This document shows positions 18,650 through 20,000 of a stretch of 20,000 nt of DNA, piece by piece. The stretch lies in IMG/VR virus record IMGVR_UViG_3300008448_014394, one strand, 5' to 3'. Source of the stretch: an uncultured virus (IMG/VR IMGVR_UViG_3300008448_014394). Lineage: Duplodnaviria; Heunggongvirae; Uroviricota; Caudoviricetes. Under the pieces are notes generated by a model. The model made no database searches and was not told where the DNA came from. It was given only the letters and a program-made list of their open reading frames with translations. Each line of letters opens with the position of its first letter. Position 1 is the stretch's first letter. The position numbers were made by a program, and so were the translations under genes.

Positions 18650-20000
18650 TTATCCTTCTGATGGCCTTACTGGTTTATTCTTTAGCTTTGAATCTACAGT
18701 TATAATTTGAGTACCTTTAATGGTTACGGCAGCAGAAGAGCTTTCTAATAGTAATGGGCCATCATTTCTAATAACCATTGGGGCATCTTTTTTCATTCCA
18801 GCTATAACAAGCCCTTTGTCACTAATAGATATTATATAGTCTGATTCTCCACCTGGATTGCCTCCATTCTCTGGGGCTTTATCACTTTCAAATTCTGTTG
18901 ACACAAATTTTTTATCAGTCACGTTAACTCTTAAGTCGAATCTTCCTTTATTCATTATAGGATTATCTCCAGGCTGATAAGATCCTCCTATATTGAATAA
19001 AACATCTCCATCAGTTTGTACAATCATAGATCTTCCATTCTTATCTTTTCCAAGCCAAGATATTATAGAGCCTGCAGTATCCAGTATGATACTTTTTTGA
19101 TCCCAATTATCCTTACCAACTGATAACTCTATAGAACCCTCTAGGTTTGCATTTACACTCTTGCCACCAACTGGCGCAACTGACTTATTAAGTATTTTCT
19201 TGTCATCAGTAGTATTAGAATATGGTGGGCTCTCATCATCTCTATCTGGATAGAATACTCCGGCAATGGCTGTACCGCCATAAGGTGCTCCACCTCCGCC
19301 ATGATAAATCGCGGGGCGGCCTGGTTCTACTCCGACAGTACTTCTGTCTGTTGGGAAATTTGTTATTTTGGCCCGTGCAACTTCGAAGGGCTTAAAAATA
19401 GGCGTTGAGGCTGTAGGTTCACCCGCCCCGCTAAAGATGCTCTTTCTTTTCTCTACAGCGAATATTGGCGGTATATAAATAGTGCTAACTGTATTCGCAA
19501 TTAATCTTTCGGCAGCAGCGTACATATTATGATATTTTGTTGTATTAACTCTAGATTCATCAGTTATCTGTCCAGAAGTATTAAAGTATGCAGGATCTTT
19601 TTCATTAGAAACCCTTATACCTGTTTTTCTATAAATATTTGATGCATTTCTTTCTGGATATACTGGATTCCCATTTTCGTCCCTAAGAGTTACTGGTATT
19701 AACTCTTTTATACTCGGATTTAAATTTTCAACAATAATACTGTCACCTTCTCCAGCAACATAATCAGCACTAGATGAAAATGGAATATTTCCAGAGTTAC
19801 TTGAGGCTGGTATGTTGACTTTTAGCATTCCTTCCTTATCAATATCAAAAACAAAATTTTCAATGCTATTGCTATTATCATCTGACTTTGTATTTGTTGA
19901 TAGCTGAAAGTGACAACCTATACCACGACGACTAATTTTTCTTGCATCTTCATATTCTTTTTCGCTTATTTCTTCTGGTACAGAATTATTATTTCCATAG
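18650..20000 (-). CDS. 5'-truncated protein (>=449 aa), putative central spike / baseplate hub protein (gp5/gpV/VgrG-like C-terminal beta-helix)
   Basis: The frame of the listed 392-aa ORF stays open upstream of 19828 to the window edge (YGNNNSVPEEISEKEYEDARKISRRGIGCHFQLSTNTKSDDNSNSIENFVFDIDKEG then MLKVNIP), so the real start is probably beyond 20000. The C-terminal third has short beta-strand/Gly repeats. The CDS is secure; the spike call is tentative. Confidence 0.6.
   Translation of the reverse strand, partial: YGNNNSVPEEISEKEYEDARKISRRGIGCHFQLSTNTKSDDNSNSIENFVFDIDKEGMLKVNIPASSNSGNIPFSSSADYVAGEGDSIIVENLNPSIKELIPVTLRDENGNPVYPERNASNIYRKTGIRVSNEKDPAYFNTSGQITDESRVNTTKYHNMYAAAERLIANTVSTIYIPPIFAVEKRKSIFSGAGEPTASTPIFKPFEVARAKITNFPTDRSTVGVEPGRPAIYHGGGGAPYGGTAIAGVFYPDRDDESPPYSNTTDDKKILNKSVAPVGGKSVNANLEGSIELSVGKDNWDQKSIILDTAGSIISWLGKDKNGRSMIVQTDGDVLFNIGGSYQPGDNPIMNKGRFDLRVNVTDKKFVSTEFESDKAPENGGNPGGESDYIISISDKGLVIAGMKKDAPMVIRNDGPLLLESSSAAVTIKGTQIITVDSKLKNKPVRPSEG
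18983..19162 (-). repeat. Three imperfect ~21-22-aa protein-level repeats
   Basis: KSVNANLEGSIELSVGKDNWDQ / KSIILDTAGSIISWLGKDKNG / RSMIVQTDGDVLFNIGG; consensus [KR]S-h-x-h-x-x-x-G-[SD]-h-x-x-x-h-G. Confidence 0.7.

Noticed and set aside
19826..19828. ATG at 19828 as the start of the last gene
   Set aside because: The frame is open and protein-like for 57 more codons to the window edge. The upstream AAGGAAGGA directly abuts the ATG and encodes KEG, so it is a poor SD.
1..20000. Alternative genetic code (stop-codon reassignment) as the reason for the apparently empty 1-6400 region
   Set aside because: All genes read through under code 11, with four TAA and one TGA stops at sensible junctions. 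The gap is just an edge-truncated ORF.

Overview
AT-rich window (GC roughly low 30s % by eye) that is almost fully coding on the minus strand under the standard bacterial code. It reads as one tightly packed baseplate module of a contractile-tail machine, most likely a large (jumbo-type) myovirus; an extracellular contractile injection system cannot be excluded from this window. In transcription order (right to left): (1) a 5'-truncated ORF (>=449 aa) whose C-terminus has beta-helix-like repeats, a possible gp5/gpV/VgrG-like spike; (2) a 2099-aa unknown protein with Ig-like domains and a long hydrophobic helical segment; (3) a 697-aa unknown acidic protein; (4) a gp25/gpW-like wedge protein; (5) a 1105-aa baseplate J/gp6-like protein with a ~690-aa insertion; (6) a giant ORF of >=2133 aa (6400 to <1) that the ORF track omits. 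ORF 6 appears to be a gpI/gp7-like wedge protein split by ~1000 aa of beta-rich modules and followed by LamG/ConA-like motifs. I saw no RNA genes, CRISPR arrays or mobile elements. All domain calls are by-eye motif recognition, not database searches.
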